Origin: an uncultured Planctomycetota bacterium
GTDB taxonomy: Bacteria > Planctomycetota > GCA-002687715 > CAIWVZ01
Reading direction: 5' to 3'
DNA length: 61,510 nucleotides
Assembly: GCA_903916245.1 (NCBI GenBank)
Contig: CAIWVZ010000064.1
Span: 1-61,510, forward strand
Shown: one piece after another, positions 28,890-37,740 of the stretch
Layout of the letters: the number at the start of each line of letters is the position of its first letter
Numbering within the stretch: the stretch's first letter is position 1
Position numbers and translations under genes: made by a program
The notes under the pieces: generated by a model
Databases searched by the model: none
What the model was told of the DNA's origin: nothing
What the model saw: the letters and a program-made list of their open reading frames with translations, nothing else

Positions 28890-30869
28890 GTGGCGGCCCC
28901 CAAGGAATTCAAACTGACGCCCGGCAAGCGCGTTCTTTTCCTGACGAAGGACCCGGAGAAAATCCGACTCCAACTTCAGGGGAAACTCGATCTGCGCATG
29001 GCGGATCTGACGGTCGACGACCTTCTCGACGACGTCAACACGGATGCCATGACGCCGAACTGGGTGTGCTTCGACTGGAAGCCTTCGGAAATCGCGAAGA
29101 ACGCCTATGCGGGACTCGTCGTCAACGGCGAGCGGCTGTTCCGTGAACGCGCGCTGATGGACGGAAACTTCGAAGTGATCGTGTCCGGGCGCCGCAAGGG
29201 CACGGGTTCGTCGCGCGAAACCGCGGCGCAGTGCGAGAAGTGGTCCGGGATCAAGCTCGCCGTCGCCGAGTCGTTCGCGCCGATCCACGCGCGCAACAAC
29301 TTGAACCTCGGCACGCTGATGGGCACCTACGCGATGGTCGAACGCCTGCAGTCCGGCGCATCGATCCCGCTCGACGCGTTCCTCGAAGGCCACGACCCCG
29401 TGACGCAGGAGATCATCCGCGCAGGAGGACTGTTTCCGTTCTCCGCCGCCCTCGCGCGCGGTGACGTCAAGCCGCCGCGTCGTTCGACCCCGGCGCGTCC
29501 GATGACGATGGGGGAGAAGATCCTCGCGAGCCATCTGCTGCCCGGTTCGGGTTCCGAATGGGTGGCGCCCGGCGACGCGGTGATGGTGCGCGTCGACGCG
29601 GGGTACTCGCACGAGTACACGACCGCACAGGTGCACGCGTTCCTCGCCGAGGAGTACGGCGTCGACTACCGTCTCGCCGATCCGACGAACTTCGCCGTTT
29701 TCGAGGATCACCTGATCTACGCGACGGGAGTGCCCGCGATGGCGCCCTTCGCGGACAAGATCGAGAAACTCCGCGAGATGCAACGCGAGTTCCAGAAGCA
29801 CACGGGCGTACGCGACTACTCGGCGAAGGACGGGGTCAGCCCCGGCATCTGCCATCAGGTCGCCCGTGAAGAATTCCTGTTGCCGGGCCAGCTCGTGCAG
29901 GCGACCGACAGCCACACGTGCATGGGCGGCGGCTCGAACGCCCTCGCCTACGGCGTCGGTGCCACGGAATACGCCGCGTTGGTGAAGTCCGGGCTGACGC
30001 TCGCGACGTGCGCCGAGTCGATCCGTTTCGAACTCGTCGGTACGTTGCGACCGGGAGTGACGGCGAAGGACGTGATGCTTCACATCCTTCTGCATCATGC
30101 GAAGCCGCAGCACACGCTCGATCGCTACATGGAGTTCGGCGGCCCCGGACTCACCGCGATGTCGATGGACGAACGTGCGACGCTCGCCAACATGGCGACC
30201 GAGTGCGTCGCGAAGTCCGGCATCTGCGAGGGCGACGAGGCGACGGTCGCCTGGATCGCGGCGCGGCGCCCGGATCTGTCGCCCGAAGACATCCGTCGAC
30301 GCATGGTCCACCCCGATCCGGGGGCGGTGTACGGCGGCGGCGTTCACACGATCGACCTCTCGTCGCTCGAGCCGATGGTCGCGACGCCCGGCGATCCCGA
30401 TCGCGGGATTCCGTCGGATCCGACGAACGGTGCGAACGTCTCGGAGATCGGCGACGTCAAGATCGATATCGCGTACGCGGGTTCGTGCACGGCGGGGAAG
30501 GAGGTCGACCAAGACCTCTACGCCGCCGTGCTCGGTGAAGCCGTCCGCGCGGGTCGTCGCATCCCCGAGGGTGTCGAGTTCTTCATCCAATTCGGTTCGA
30601 AGAACGTCGAAGACTACTGCCGCACCAAGGGTTACCTCGACATCTACGAGCGTGTCGGTGCGAAGGTCGTGCCGCCGGGTTGCGGCGCGTGCATCGGATG
30701 TGGTCCCGGCGTCTCGTCGAAGGGCACGCAGACCACGGTGTCCGCGATCAACCGCAACTTCCGCGGCCGCAGCGGTCCCGGTCGTCTCTACCTCGCGTCG
30801 CCGCTCACCGTCGCGGCGTCCGCCGTGCTTGGGAAGATCGCTTCATATCGCGAAGGGATGTTCTCCTAG
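28890..30869 (+). CDS. aconitase-family dehydratase, single polypeptide with swivel (LeuD-like) domain N-terminal to the catalytic (LeuC-like) domains
   Basis: 659 aa. N-terminus has DDVNTDAMTP and VIVSGRRKGTGSSRETAAQCEKWSGIKLAVAESFAPIH (small-subunit motifs). Then QATDSHTCMGG, YAGSCTAGK, PPGCGACIGCG (Fe-S ligand regions of the large subunit). Confidence 0.8.
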   Translation: MAAPKEFKLTPGKRVLFLTKDPEKIRLQLQGKLDLRMADLTVDDLLDDVNTDAMTPNWVCFDWKPSEIAKNAYAGLVVNGERLFRERALMDGNFEVIVSGRRKGTGSSRETAAQCEKWSGIKLAVAESFAPIHARNNLNLGTLMGTYAMVERLQSGASIPLDAFLEGHDPVTQEIIRAGGLFPFSAALARGDVKPPRRSTPARPMTMGEKILASHLLPGSGSEWVAPGDAVMVRVDAGYSHEYTTAQVHAFLAEEYGVDYRLADPTNFAVFEDHLIYATGVPAMAPFADKIEKLREMQREFQKHTGVRDYSAKDGVSPGICHQVAREEFLLPGQLVQATDSHTCMGGGSNALAYGVGATEYAALVKSGLTLATCAESIRFELVGTLRPGVTAKDVMLHILLHHAKPQHTLDRYMEFGGPGLTAMSMDERATLANMATECVAKSGICEGDEATVAWIAARRPDLSPEDIRRRMVHPDPGAVYGGGVHTIDLSSLEPMVATPGDPDRGIPSDPTNGANVSEIGDVKIDIAYAGSCTAGKEVDQDLYAAVLGEAVRAGRRIPEGVEFFIQFGSKNVEDYCRTKGYLDIYERVGAKVVPPGCGACIGCGPGVSSKGTQTTVSAINRNFRGRSGPGRLYLASPLTVAASAVLGKIASYREGMFS

Positions 30870-30906
30870 GCGAGTCCGAAGAAGCGGATCTTCTTGATTG
30901 AACGAT

Positions 30907-30946
30907 GTCGGCGACGTGCTCGCGAGCGCGTCGCCGACGTCGTTTT
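30907..30946 (+). terminator. rho-independent terminator after the aconitase-family gene
   Basis: GTCGGCGACG-loop-CGTCGCCGAC perfect 10-bp stem followed by GTCGTTTT. Confidence 0.7.
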
Positions 30947-31079
30947 CGTCTGCATTTCTTCGACGAAATCCGCTTGGAGATTCGAAGGTCGGGGGATACG
31001 CTATCGGCCTCGAAAGTGGAGTTGGGAACGTCGCCGTCACTCCCCCTTGCCAGGTGGTCGGCTGATCCCGAACAGACGT

Positions 31080-31274
31080 ATGATGGACGTCAGGTTTGAG
31101 TGCGTGTTCGAAGGAAAGCGCCTCTATGTCGTCGTCGCTCCGGACGGCGAGCAGGTGCTGTTTACCGGTACCGTTCCGCAGTGCCGCCGCTTCATCGAGG
31201 TTTACCGCGAGAAGGTCGAGCGCGCCCGCATGCGTGATCGCAAGGGCAACCGCTCCTTCCAGACAATCTCGTGA
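31080..31274 (+). CDS. small hypothetical protein (64 aa)
   Basis: MMDVRFECVFEGKRLYVVVAPDGEQVLFTGTVPQCRRFIEVYREKVERARMRDRKGNRSFQTIS. Its stop overlaps the GTG of the MFS gene (GTGA), which suggests coupling. No family recognised. Confidence 0.35.
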   Translation: MMDVRFECVFEGKRLYVVVAPDGEQVLFTGTVPQCRRFIEVYREKVERARMRDRKGNRSFQTIS

Positions 31275-32557
31275 CGGCGACTACGCCGGGGCCGATTCGA
31301 ACGACCGTCGTCGCGGCCTTGGGCGGTGTCCTCGAGTACTTCGACTTCGTCCTCTTCGCGTTGTTGGCGCAACCGTTGGGTGACGCCTTCTTCCCGAAGG
31401 AAGCGTCGTCGGACACCCGGGTGATCGAAGCCTTCGGCGTGTTCGCGGCCGGTTATCTCGCCCGCCCCTTCGGCGGGCTCTTCTTTTCCCATCGCGCCGA
31501 TCGACAGGGTCGCAAGGGTGTTTTCGCCCAAACCGTTTCCCTGATGGCGTTGACGGCGGGCTTGATAGCGATCTTGCCCGGCTATGCGACGTTGGGTGTC
31601 GTCGCGCCCGCCCTGTTGATCCTTCTCCGGGTGGTCCAAGGGCTTGCGTTCGGCGGAGAACTGCCGGGCGCCATGTGCTTTCTGGCGGAACAGGTGCCCG
31701 CGGCGCATCGCTGCTTGGCTCTCGGCATCCTGATCGCGGCGGTGAACGCGGGAAACCTCGTCGCGTACGGAGTGATCGCGGCCGTCGGAGCTTTCATGAC
31801 GCCGGAAGCGTTCCACGACTGGGGATGGCGCATCCCGTTCGCGGTCGGTGCGTTGGCGGGACTTTTTTCGATCCTCGTTCGCAAGCATATGTCGGAAACG
31901 TCGGTGTTCATGAAGATGCAGGCGGAACGCCGCATCGAGAAGGTCCCTGCGCGGACGCTGATGCGCGACCACTGGCGCACCGTCCTCCACATGCTCGCGC
32001 TCGTCTCCGTGCACGCCGGCGTGGTGTCGTTGTTCTTCCTCGCGCTGCCGACCCTTCTTCCCAAGTTCACGGGTCTGTCGCCCACCGAGGCGCGCGGCGT
32101 CGCAACGTGGGTCACCATCATCGGAACGCCGTGCTACGTGCTCGGCGGTTTCGTCGCCGATCGCTTGGGGCGTCGCGTCGCGATTCTCGGCACGCTCGTC
32201 TTGACCGCTATCGCCGCGCCCACGTCGTTCATTTTGATCGGGCAAGGTCACGTCCTTCCGGGCGCGATCCTCGGTGTCGTCCCGCCGTGTCTCTTCGTCG
32301 GTTCCTACCTCGCGTCCATGGTCGACGCGTTCCCCGCGAACGTTCGCACTTCGGGAATCGGTCTCGCCTACAACATCGGTTATGCGGTGGTGGGTGGTGG
32401 TATTCCGACGCTTTCGGCCCTCATGCTGCACGAAGGAGCCTCGCCGTGGATGGTGTCGGGCGTCCTCGGTGCGTTGGCGGTGATCGCGTTCCTCGTCGAA
32501 TCGCTTTGGCCGCGCACGGCCGTTCGAACTCAGGAAGAAGGACATTCCACGGCGTGA
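31271..32557 (+). CDS. MFS transporter, metabolite:H+ symporter (MHS)-like
   Basis: 428 aa, about 12 TM. N-terminal LEYFDFVLFALLAQPLGDAFFP and RPFGGLFFSHRADRQGRK, typical of ProP/KgtP-type MHS carriers. Confidence 0.85.
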   Translation: MTATTPGPIRTTVVAALGGVLEYFDFVLFALLAQPLGDAFFPKEASSDTRVIEAFGVFAAGYLARPFGGLFFSHRADRQGRKGVFAQTVSLMALTAGLIAILPGYATLGVVAPALLILLRVVQGLAFGGELPGAMCFLAEQVPAAHRCLALGILIAAVNAGNLVAYGVIAAVGAFMTPEAFHDWGWRIPFAVGALAGLFSILVRKHMSETSVFMKMQAERRIEKVPARTLMRDHWRTVLHMLALVSVHAGVVSLFFLALPTLLPKFTGLSPTEARGVATWVTIIGTPCYVLGGFVADRLGRRVAILGTLVLTAIAAPTSFILIGQGHVLPGAILGVVPPCLFVGSYLASMVDAFPANVRTSGIGLAYNIGYAVVGGGIPTLSALMLHEGASPWMVSGVLGALAVIAFLVESLWPRTAVRTQEEGHSTA

Positions 32558-32712
32558 CGGATCGTCACGCCCGTCGATTCATCGCCGAAAGCGGCGGATT
32601 CGACTATGGTCGACAGTCGCGTGGGGCATGATTTCTTCGTCCAGTAAAGTGCTTCACTTGACACTCGACCTTCATTCCACGAAAGTCGGCCCCGTCGCAA
32701 CAAGGGGGAATC

Positions 32713-33267
32713 GTGGAAGAGTCGCTCATTGAAATACCGTTCGATCGTCTTCGCTGTCGCGAGCCCGAAGCGTGGGATACGTTCGCGGAACAGGTGCGCG
32801 TCATGCTCGGCGGCTTCCTGCGCGGCATGAAAGTCGACCACCATGCGTCCGAAGAGATCATCCAAGACTGTCTGTTCGTCGCCTGGCGCCGACTCGAAGG
32901 CCTTCGCGATCCGCAGCGGTTGGGAACCTGGATGCGGACGATCGCGCGCAATCGCTTTCTGACGTCGTTGCGGCGCCGAGGCCCGAAGGAAGTTGCTCTC
33001 GAATCCGCGGCGGACGTCCACGTGGTCGACCCGCCTCTGGAAGAAGGACTGCCGGGGGTGCTCCGCGTCGAGGTGCATCGACTTTCCGGCCGCAAGCGCC
33101 TCATCATCGAACTCCGCATTTTGGGTGGATACAGCCCCGAAGAGGTCGAAGAAATGACGGGCATCCCGCGAGCCCGTCAGCGTCGCTGTCTGTACAACGC
33201 GCTGTCCGACTTGCGCGCACGGCTTTGCGGTGGCGACGGTCGCATCGCGGTCCGTCGGCCCGAGTGA
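32713..33267 (+). CDS. ECF-type RNA polymerase sigma factor
   Basis: 184 aa, GTG start with AAGGGGGAA upstream. Region 2 EEIIQDCLFVAWRRL...WMRTIARNRFL; region 4 LRILGGYSPEEVEEMTGIPRARQRRCLYNALSDLR. Confidence 0.8.
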   Translation: MEESLIEIPFDRLRCREPEAWDTFAEQVRVMLGGFLRGMKVDHHASEEIIQDCLFVAWRRLEGLRDPQRLGTWMRTIARNRFLTSLRRRGPKEVALESAADVHVVDPPLEEGLPGVLRVEVHRLSGRKRLIIELRILGGYSPEEVEEMTGIPRARQRRCLYNALSDLRARLCGGDGRIAVRRPE

Positions 33268-33284
33268 ATCGAACGGAGTCGATC

Positions 33285-34049
33285 ATGTTTCGTCGCACGG
33301 TGACGTACCTGTTGCTCGCCGTTTCGGCTCTTGCACAGTCGGATGCGAAGGCGCTGTTCGAGATCGCGAAGAAACGACTCGTGGTCGCACAGACGCACGC
33401 GGGGGACGGACGCCTCGAACGGCTGCGTGCATGCGTCCCGCTCTTCGAGCGGGCACGTGCGGTGGCGCCGATCGGATCGCGCGAACGCGCCCGGTCCGGA
33501 TTGGAAGCGGGCCGACTCCTGAAACGGCTCGGCGACGTGTCGGCGGCTGAGAGCCTCTACCGCGACGTCGCCGCCGAAGGTCCCGCGGAAGAAGCGGTGG
33601 GGGCGCTGCATGAGCTCGCAACGCTCCATCGCTCGTTGCGGCGCATCGACGACGCCGTCGCCGATTTGGAAGCCGTTCTCGTCCGCCATCCGACCCAAAC
33701 CCGTGCGTGTGCCGAGGCGTTGGTGCGTCTTGCGTCGTTGCATCGGGCCGAGCGCCGAATCCCGGAGGCCCGGGCCGCATTGTCGCGTTGTCTCGATCAC
33801 TACATCGAGCATCGCACCGTGGTGCTCGATGCGTTGGACGCGTGGGTGGCGCTCGAAGTCGGCCAAGGAGACTTCGGGGCTGCGCGTCGGACTTTTGAAC
33901 GCGAAGCCCACCGCATTCGTGCGCGTGCGACCGATTCGCGCTCGCGCGCATCCACCGACAACGGGCTTGCGAAGATCGCCCTACGACTCGGCGCGGCACC
34001 CAAAACCGGGACGCCGGGTGTCGAGCGACCTTCGCCGACGGATTCCTAG
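33285..34049 (+). CDS. secreted helical-repeat (TPR-like) protein
   Basis: In-frame tail of shadow ORF 32772..34049. ATG 33285 gives the signal peptide MFRRTVTYLLLAVSALAQ. Ala/Leu/Arg-rich helical repeats follow. Confidence 0.5.
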   Translation: MFRRTVTYLLLAVSALAQSDAKALFEIAKKRLVVAQTHAGDGRLERLRACVPLFERARAVAPIGSRERARSGLEAGRLLKRLGDVSAAESLYRDVAAEGPAEEAVGALHELATLHRSLRRIDDAVADLEAVLVRHPTQTRACAEALVRLASLHRAERRIPEARAALSRCLDHYIEHRTVVLDALDAWVALEVGQGDFGAARRTFEREAHRIRARATDSRSRASTDNGLAKIALRLGAAPKTGTPGVERPSPTDS

Positions 34050-35467
34050 CCGAACAAGCCCGTCGACCCGTGGGCTCGTGCGATGTAGGCCTTCTTGTCG
34101 AACTTCTTGCCCGTGCTCGCATAGGACATGAAGCGCACCATGCCGAACACGGGGCGCGCCGGCGCCCATGGGCGATCGTGGAGTCCGCCGATCGCCCATG
34201 CGATACCCGTGAACCCGTTCGGGTCGCGCCCGTCGAGTTCATAGGCGTCGTTCATCGCCAAGGCGACGTCGAAGGCGGCCTCCGGCGTCGGCGACCACTC
34301 GAGAATCTTCTTGGCCCAGTACATCCGCACGTAGCCGTGCATGTGTCCCGTCGTGACCATCTCGGTCTGCGCCGCGTTCCAAAGATCGTCATGGGTCTTC
34401 GCGGCGACCAACGTGTCGGCGTCGTACAGATAGGGGCGGGGGTCCTTCCGGTGTTCGTCGAGGGATTTCAGCGCCCACGCCGGGCAACCGGCGAGGGAGT
34501 CGTAGCGCGGCTGGCGAAGGGTGTAGTTGTAGGCGAGTTCGCGGCGAACGAGGAATTCTTCAAGGAACGCGTCGCGATCGGGGCGGGGGGCGGACGACGT
34601 CGCGACGGCGCAGGCGACGTCGCGCGGACCGAGATGGCCGAAGTGGAGCCACGGTGAAAGACGGCTCGTGAGCGTGAGGTCGGGCTGGTTCCTGTTTTCC
34701 GCGTAGCCGGGCAGACGCTCCTTGACGAAAGCGGCGAGTGCGCGGCGCGCGGACAACGGACCCGATGCGAAGGTGGATACCGGTGCGACCGTTCGGTCGA
34801 TGTTCCACGAGTCCGGCACCGCGAGGCCCTTCGTCGTCGCGCCGCGCGGAGGCGTCGACCACGCACGCTTCGGGAGTTCGACGGGCTCCGGTCTGAGCCA
34901 TGCGTCCATGACGCGGTGGTATTTCGGCCTCAGGGTGCGCGCCGCGAATTCCTGCTTTTCGAAGAGGGCCGGAGGCACGAGACACTCCGTTTCGACGGTG
35001 ACCACCGGACAGGAGGCCTTCGCCGCGACGTCGCGCCGCCACGAGGTCGGTTCCCGCATCGGGTTCTCGTCGCCGACGATGACCGCGGCGCGGACTTCCT
35101 TCGCAAACGGAACGACGTGGTGGTCGGGGAACGGACGAACCACCAAGGGGATTCCCACGCGGGCGAGATCGGCCTCCACCTCCGCGGCACCCGCGAAGAG
35201 GAAGGCGTAGGCCCGGAGCGTCGCTCGCGGGTAGCGGGGCATGAACCCGAGGAACGCCACCACGGGGAGATCGAGGCGGTTGGCGATACGGACCGCGACG
35301 GCAAGTGCCGGATTGTCCGAGGCGCGCTGCGCCCGCTGCATCCAGAGAACCACGCATGCCGCGCCGGGGGCGAACGGACCGCCTTTTCGGACGGTGACCC
35401 GCGGGTCGGTTACGAGTTCCGCGAGCAGCCCGTTGTCGAGATCCGTGGAGGGTGGTTGAGCGGGCAT
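34046..35467 (-). CDS. phr: deoxyribodipyrimidine photolyase, class II
   Basis: 473 aa. VVLWMQRAQRASDNPALAVA (class II WM-R-QR-DN-AL signature); C-terminal FAD region WNAAQTEMVTTGHMHGYVRMYWAKKILEW...NGFTGIAWAIGG. Confidence 0.9.
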   Translation of the reverse strand: MPAQPPSTDLDNGLLAELVTDPRVTVRKGGPFAPGAACVVLWMQRAQRASDNPALAVAVRIANRLDLPVVAFLGFMPRYPRATLRAYAFLFAGAAEVEADLARVGIPLVVRPFPDHHVVPFAKEVRAAVIVGDENPMREPTSWRRDVAAKASCPVVTVETECLVPPALFEKQEFAARTLRPKYHRVMDAWLRPEPVELPKRAWSTPPRGATTKGLAVPDSWNIDRTVAPVSTFASGPLSARRALAAFVKERLPGYAENRNQPDLTLTSRLSPWLHFGHLGPRDVACAVATSSAPRPDRDAFLEEFLVRRELAYNYTLRQPRYDSLAGCPAWALKSLDEHRKDPRPYLYDADTLVAAKTHDDLWNAAQTEMVTTGHMHGYVRMYWAKKILEWSPTPEAAFDVALAMNDAYELDGRDPNGFTGIAWAIGGLHDRPWAPARPVFGMVRFMSYASTGKKFDKKAYIARAHGSTGLFG

Positions 35468-35494
35468 GCGGGCACGTTAGCGACTTGAACGATT

Positions 35495-35528
35495 TTGTCC
35501 AACAAATCGGATGGGTACACTTGGACAC
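35495..35528. promoter_or_regulatory. inverted repeat in the photolyase/carH divergent spacer (candidate operator)
   Basis: TTGTCCAA (35495-35502) and TTGGACAC (35521-35528), 7/8 complementary with an 18-nt spacer, ending 2 nt before ATG 35531. Confidence 0.4.
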
Positions 35529-35530
35529 CC

Positions 35531-36454
35531 ATGTTGCGTGATTCGGAATGTTCGGATTCTGCCGAGTACTCGGTGGGGGACTTGGCGGCCCTGACGGGGA
35601 TCCGCCAAGCCACGCTTCGTGTGTGGGAACGCCGTTACGGATTTCCGATCCCGATCCGCAAGCCGTCGGGGCACCGCGTGTATCGAGCCTCCGACCTCGA
35701 GCGGGTGATGCTGATCGTGAAGGCGATGCGCTTGGGGCTGCGGGCGGGAGACGTCGTTCCGAAGGACCCCGACGCGCTGCGTCGACTCGTCGGCGACGAC
35801 GGGGCGGGGGACGGAACGTGCGGTCCGTCGCTGGCGGAACTCATGGACGCGGTTACGCAGCTCGATGCTCCACGCCTCGAGAGATTGCTCGCCTCGCAGT
35901 CGGAAGTCCTTGGCCCGAGCCGATTTGCCTCGGAATGCCTCGCTCCTTTCGTCGATCGGATCGGCGACCTATGGATGAAGGGCAAGCTCGACGTCCACCA
36001 CGAGCACTTCGCGAGCGAAGTCATCCAGGGCGTGGTGCGTGGCCTCCTCGCACGCACGGCCGCCAATCGCGGACCGTTGGTCCTTTTGACAACGCTGCCG
36101 GGCGAGCAGCACGCGCTCGGACTCTTGATGGCCGCGCTTTCGTGCACCGACCGCGGTTTGAGGGTGCTTCTCCTCGGTGCGGAGACGCCGAACGACGACA
36201 TCGTCGCGGCCGTGAAAAGCAGTGGGGCGCGGGCGGTCGGGATCTCCGTCAGCGAATCGACGGCGCGTCCCGAAACGACGGCCCGTCTCCGCGTACTGCG
36301 CGCACGACTGCCCGGAGAAGTCGAACTGCTCCTGGGTGGAAGCGGCAGCGTCCACACGCGCCGTGGGTTGGCCGGTGTGCACTTCGTCCATCGTCCCGAG
36401 GCGTTGGGCGAGGTTCTCGACGCGCTCGTCGAACGTTGCGGATCGCGCGGTTAG
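35531..36454 (+). CDS. MerR-family, B12-binding light-responsive regulator (CarH/LitR type)
   Basis: N-terminal MerR HTH YSVGDLAALTGIRQATLRVWERRYGFP...GHRVYRASDLERV. C-terminal B12-binding module with HHEHFAS and LPGEQHALGLLMAA (ExH motif). The track start TTG 35495 is also possible. Confidence 0.8.
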   Translation: MLRDSECSDSAEYSVGDLAALTGIRQATLRVWERRYGFPIPIRKPSGHRVYRASDLERVMLIVKAMRLGLRAGDVVPKDPDALRRLVGDDGAGDGTCGPSLAELMDAVTQLDAPRLERLLASQSEVLGPSRFASECLAPFVDRIGDLWMKGKLDVHHEHFASEVIQGVVRGLLARTAANRGPLVLLTTLPGEQHALGLLMAALSCTDRGLRVLLLGAETPNDDIVAAVKSSGARAVGISVSESTARPETTARLRVLRARLPGEVELLLGGSGSVHTRRGLAGVHFVHRPEALGEVLDALVERCGSRG

Positions 36455-36481
36455 AATCCCCGGCGTCAGGGGGAAAAGAGC

Positions 36482-37531
36482 ATGTTTCGATACGTCGTTG
36501 GTGCGGCGATCGTTTCCGCGTGCGTCGCGGCGCAAGTTCCGGAATCCGGTTCGAACGAACGCCCCGCGGGTACCGCGGCCGTCGTGAAGACCGTCGTCTC
36601 CACGGAGATGTCGACGCTTCCGCGCGGCATCGTGCGTGCGGAAGCCGCGGCCGGCGCGGGTTTGGCCGCCGCCTATCCTGGTGACTTTGGTATTCGCGAG
36701 AACAAAGCCGTTCTCTTCACCGAAGACTTCGACGGAGCCGACGGCTTGAAGGCGTGGTCCGATCGCAAAGGCGACGTCCGCATCACCGAATCCGGTATGC
36801 ACGGGACGCGCGGACTCGCGATCACCGCGGATCTGCGCGACGGCGGCAACAACGGCGGTCATCTTTTCAAGCGTCTGCCGTACGGCGAAGACGCCGTGTG
36901 GTGCCGCTTCTACGTGAAGTTCAAGAAGCCGCACGACTACGTCGGTCGTTTGGTTTCGCTGACGGGCGACGTGCCCGCGGAACCGGTGCCCTACCGCGGA
37001 GACGGCATTTGCCCCGACGGCAACGCCCGCTTCTTCACGTCGGTCGAACCGTTCGGTTTCGGCGGCGCGGTGCCGCAACCCGGTGCGTGGCGGATGCTTT
37101 CGTACTGGTGCGAGATGGAAATGGATCGCACCGACAACAAGTACTGGGGCAACGGCTGCAGCTCGACGAAGCCTCTCGCGGCGCGAGAAGATGCGTGGAC
37201 GTGCGTCGAGATGTTGGTTCGGATGAACACGACGCCGAATGCCCGCGACGGCGAACAGGCGTTCTGGATCGACGGCAAGCCCGTCGCCGCTTTCGAAGGC
37301 TTCCGTTGGCGGACGTCGCGAAGCCTCGCCGTAAACGGCGTGTGGCTCAACTACTTCATGAGCGCGGTATCGGCGACGCGCCAAGGTTCGAAGACGCCCG
37401 CGGATACGTCGACGGTGGAATTCGACGACATCGTCGTTGCGAAGAGTTACATCGGTCCGAAGATCGATCCGGCCCCGCGTGCGGCTCCCGAGGCTCCGTC
37501 TCGGGACGAAGCGACGCCCGAAAAAAAGTGA
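36482..37531 (+). CDS. secreted protein, unknown function (possibly ConA-like/polysaccharide-lyase-like fold)
   Basis: Signal peptide MFRYVVGAAIVSACVAAQ, beta-rich and Trp/Tyr-rich. The function assignment is a guess only. Confidence 0.5.
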   Translation: MFRYVVGAAIVSACVAAQVPESGSNERPAGTAAVVKTVVSTEMSTLPRGIVRAEAAAGAGLAAAYPGDFGIRENKAVLFTEDFDGADGLKAWSDRKGDVRITESGMHGTRGLAITADLRDGGNNGGHLFKRLPYGEDAVWCRFYVKFKKPHDYVGRLVSLTGDVPAEPVPYRGDGICPDGNARFFTSVEPFGFGGAVPQPGAWRMLSYWCEMEMDRTDNKYWGNGCSSTKPLAAREDAWTCVEMLVRMNTTPNARDGEQAFWIDGKPVAAFEGFRWRTSRSLAVNGVWLNYFMSAVSATRQGSKTPADTSTVEFDDIVVAKSYIGPKIDPAPRAAPEAPSRDEATPEKK

Positions 37532-37549
37532 GCGGCGGCGCCGCTTTTT
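37531..37549 (+). terminator. rho-independent terminator candidate
   Basis: AGCGGC-GGC-GCCGCT followed by TTTTT, directly at the stop codon. Confidence 0.55.
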
Positions 37550-37740
37550 CCCAACTGCCGCAGCGGTGACACCTAGCGGCGAACGGGGACGTTGCGACTA
37601 CGTTTCAAGATAAGGCGTATACACAAAAAGATTCGCCCTCCGTCGTCTTTGGGGGAACACTTCCGCACACGGTGGCCCCGGCCCGGACTCCGCGCATGGA
37701 GTCCGACCGCGCGCACCACCGATTCCCCAAAGGTGACCCG

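Noticed and set aside
27636-30590. 984-aa minus-strand ORF
   Set aside because: It lies antisense to thiolase 3 and the aconitase-family gene, is Arg/Asp/His-rich and has no motifs. It is a shadow ORF.
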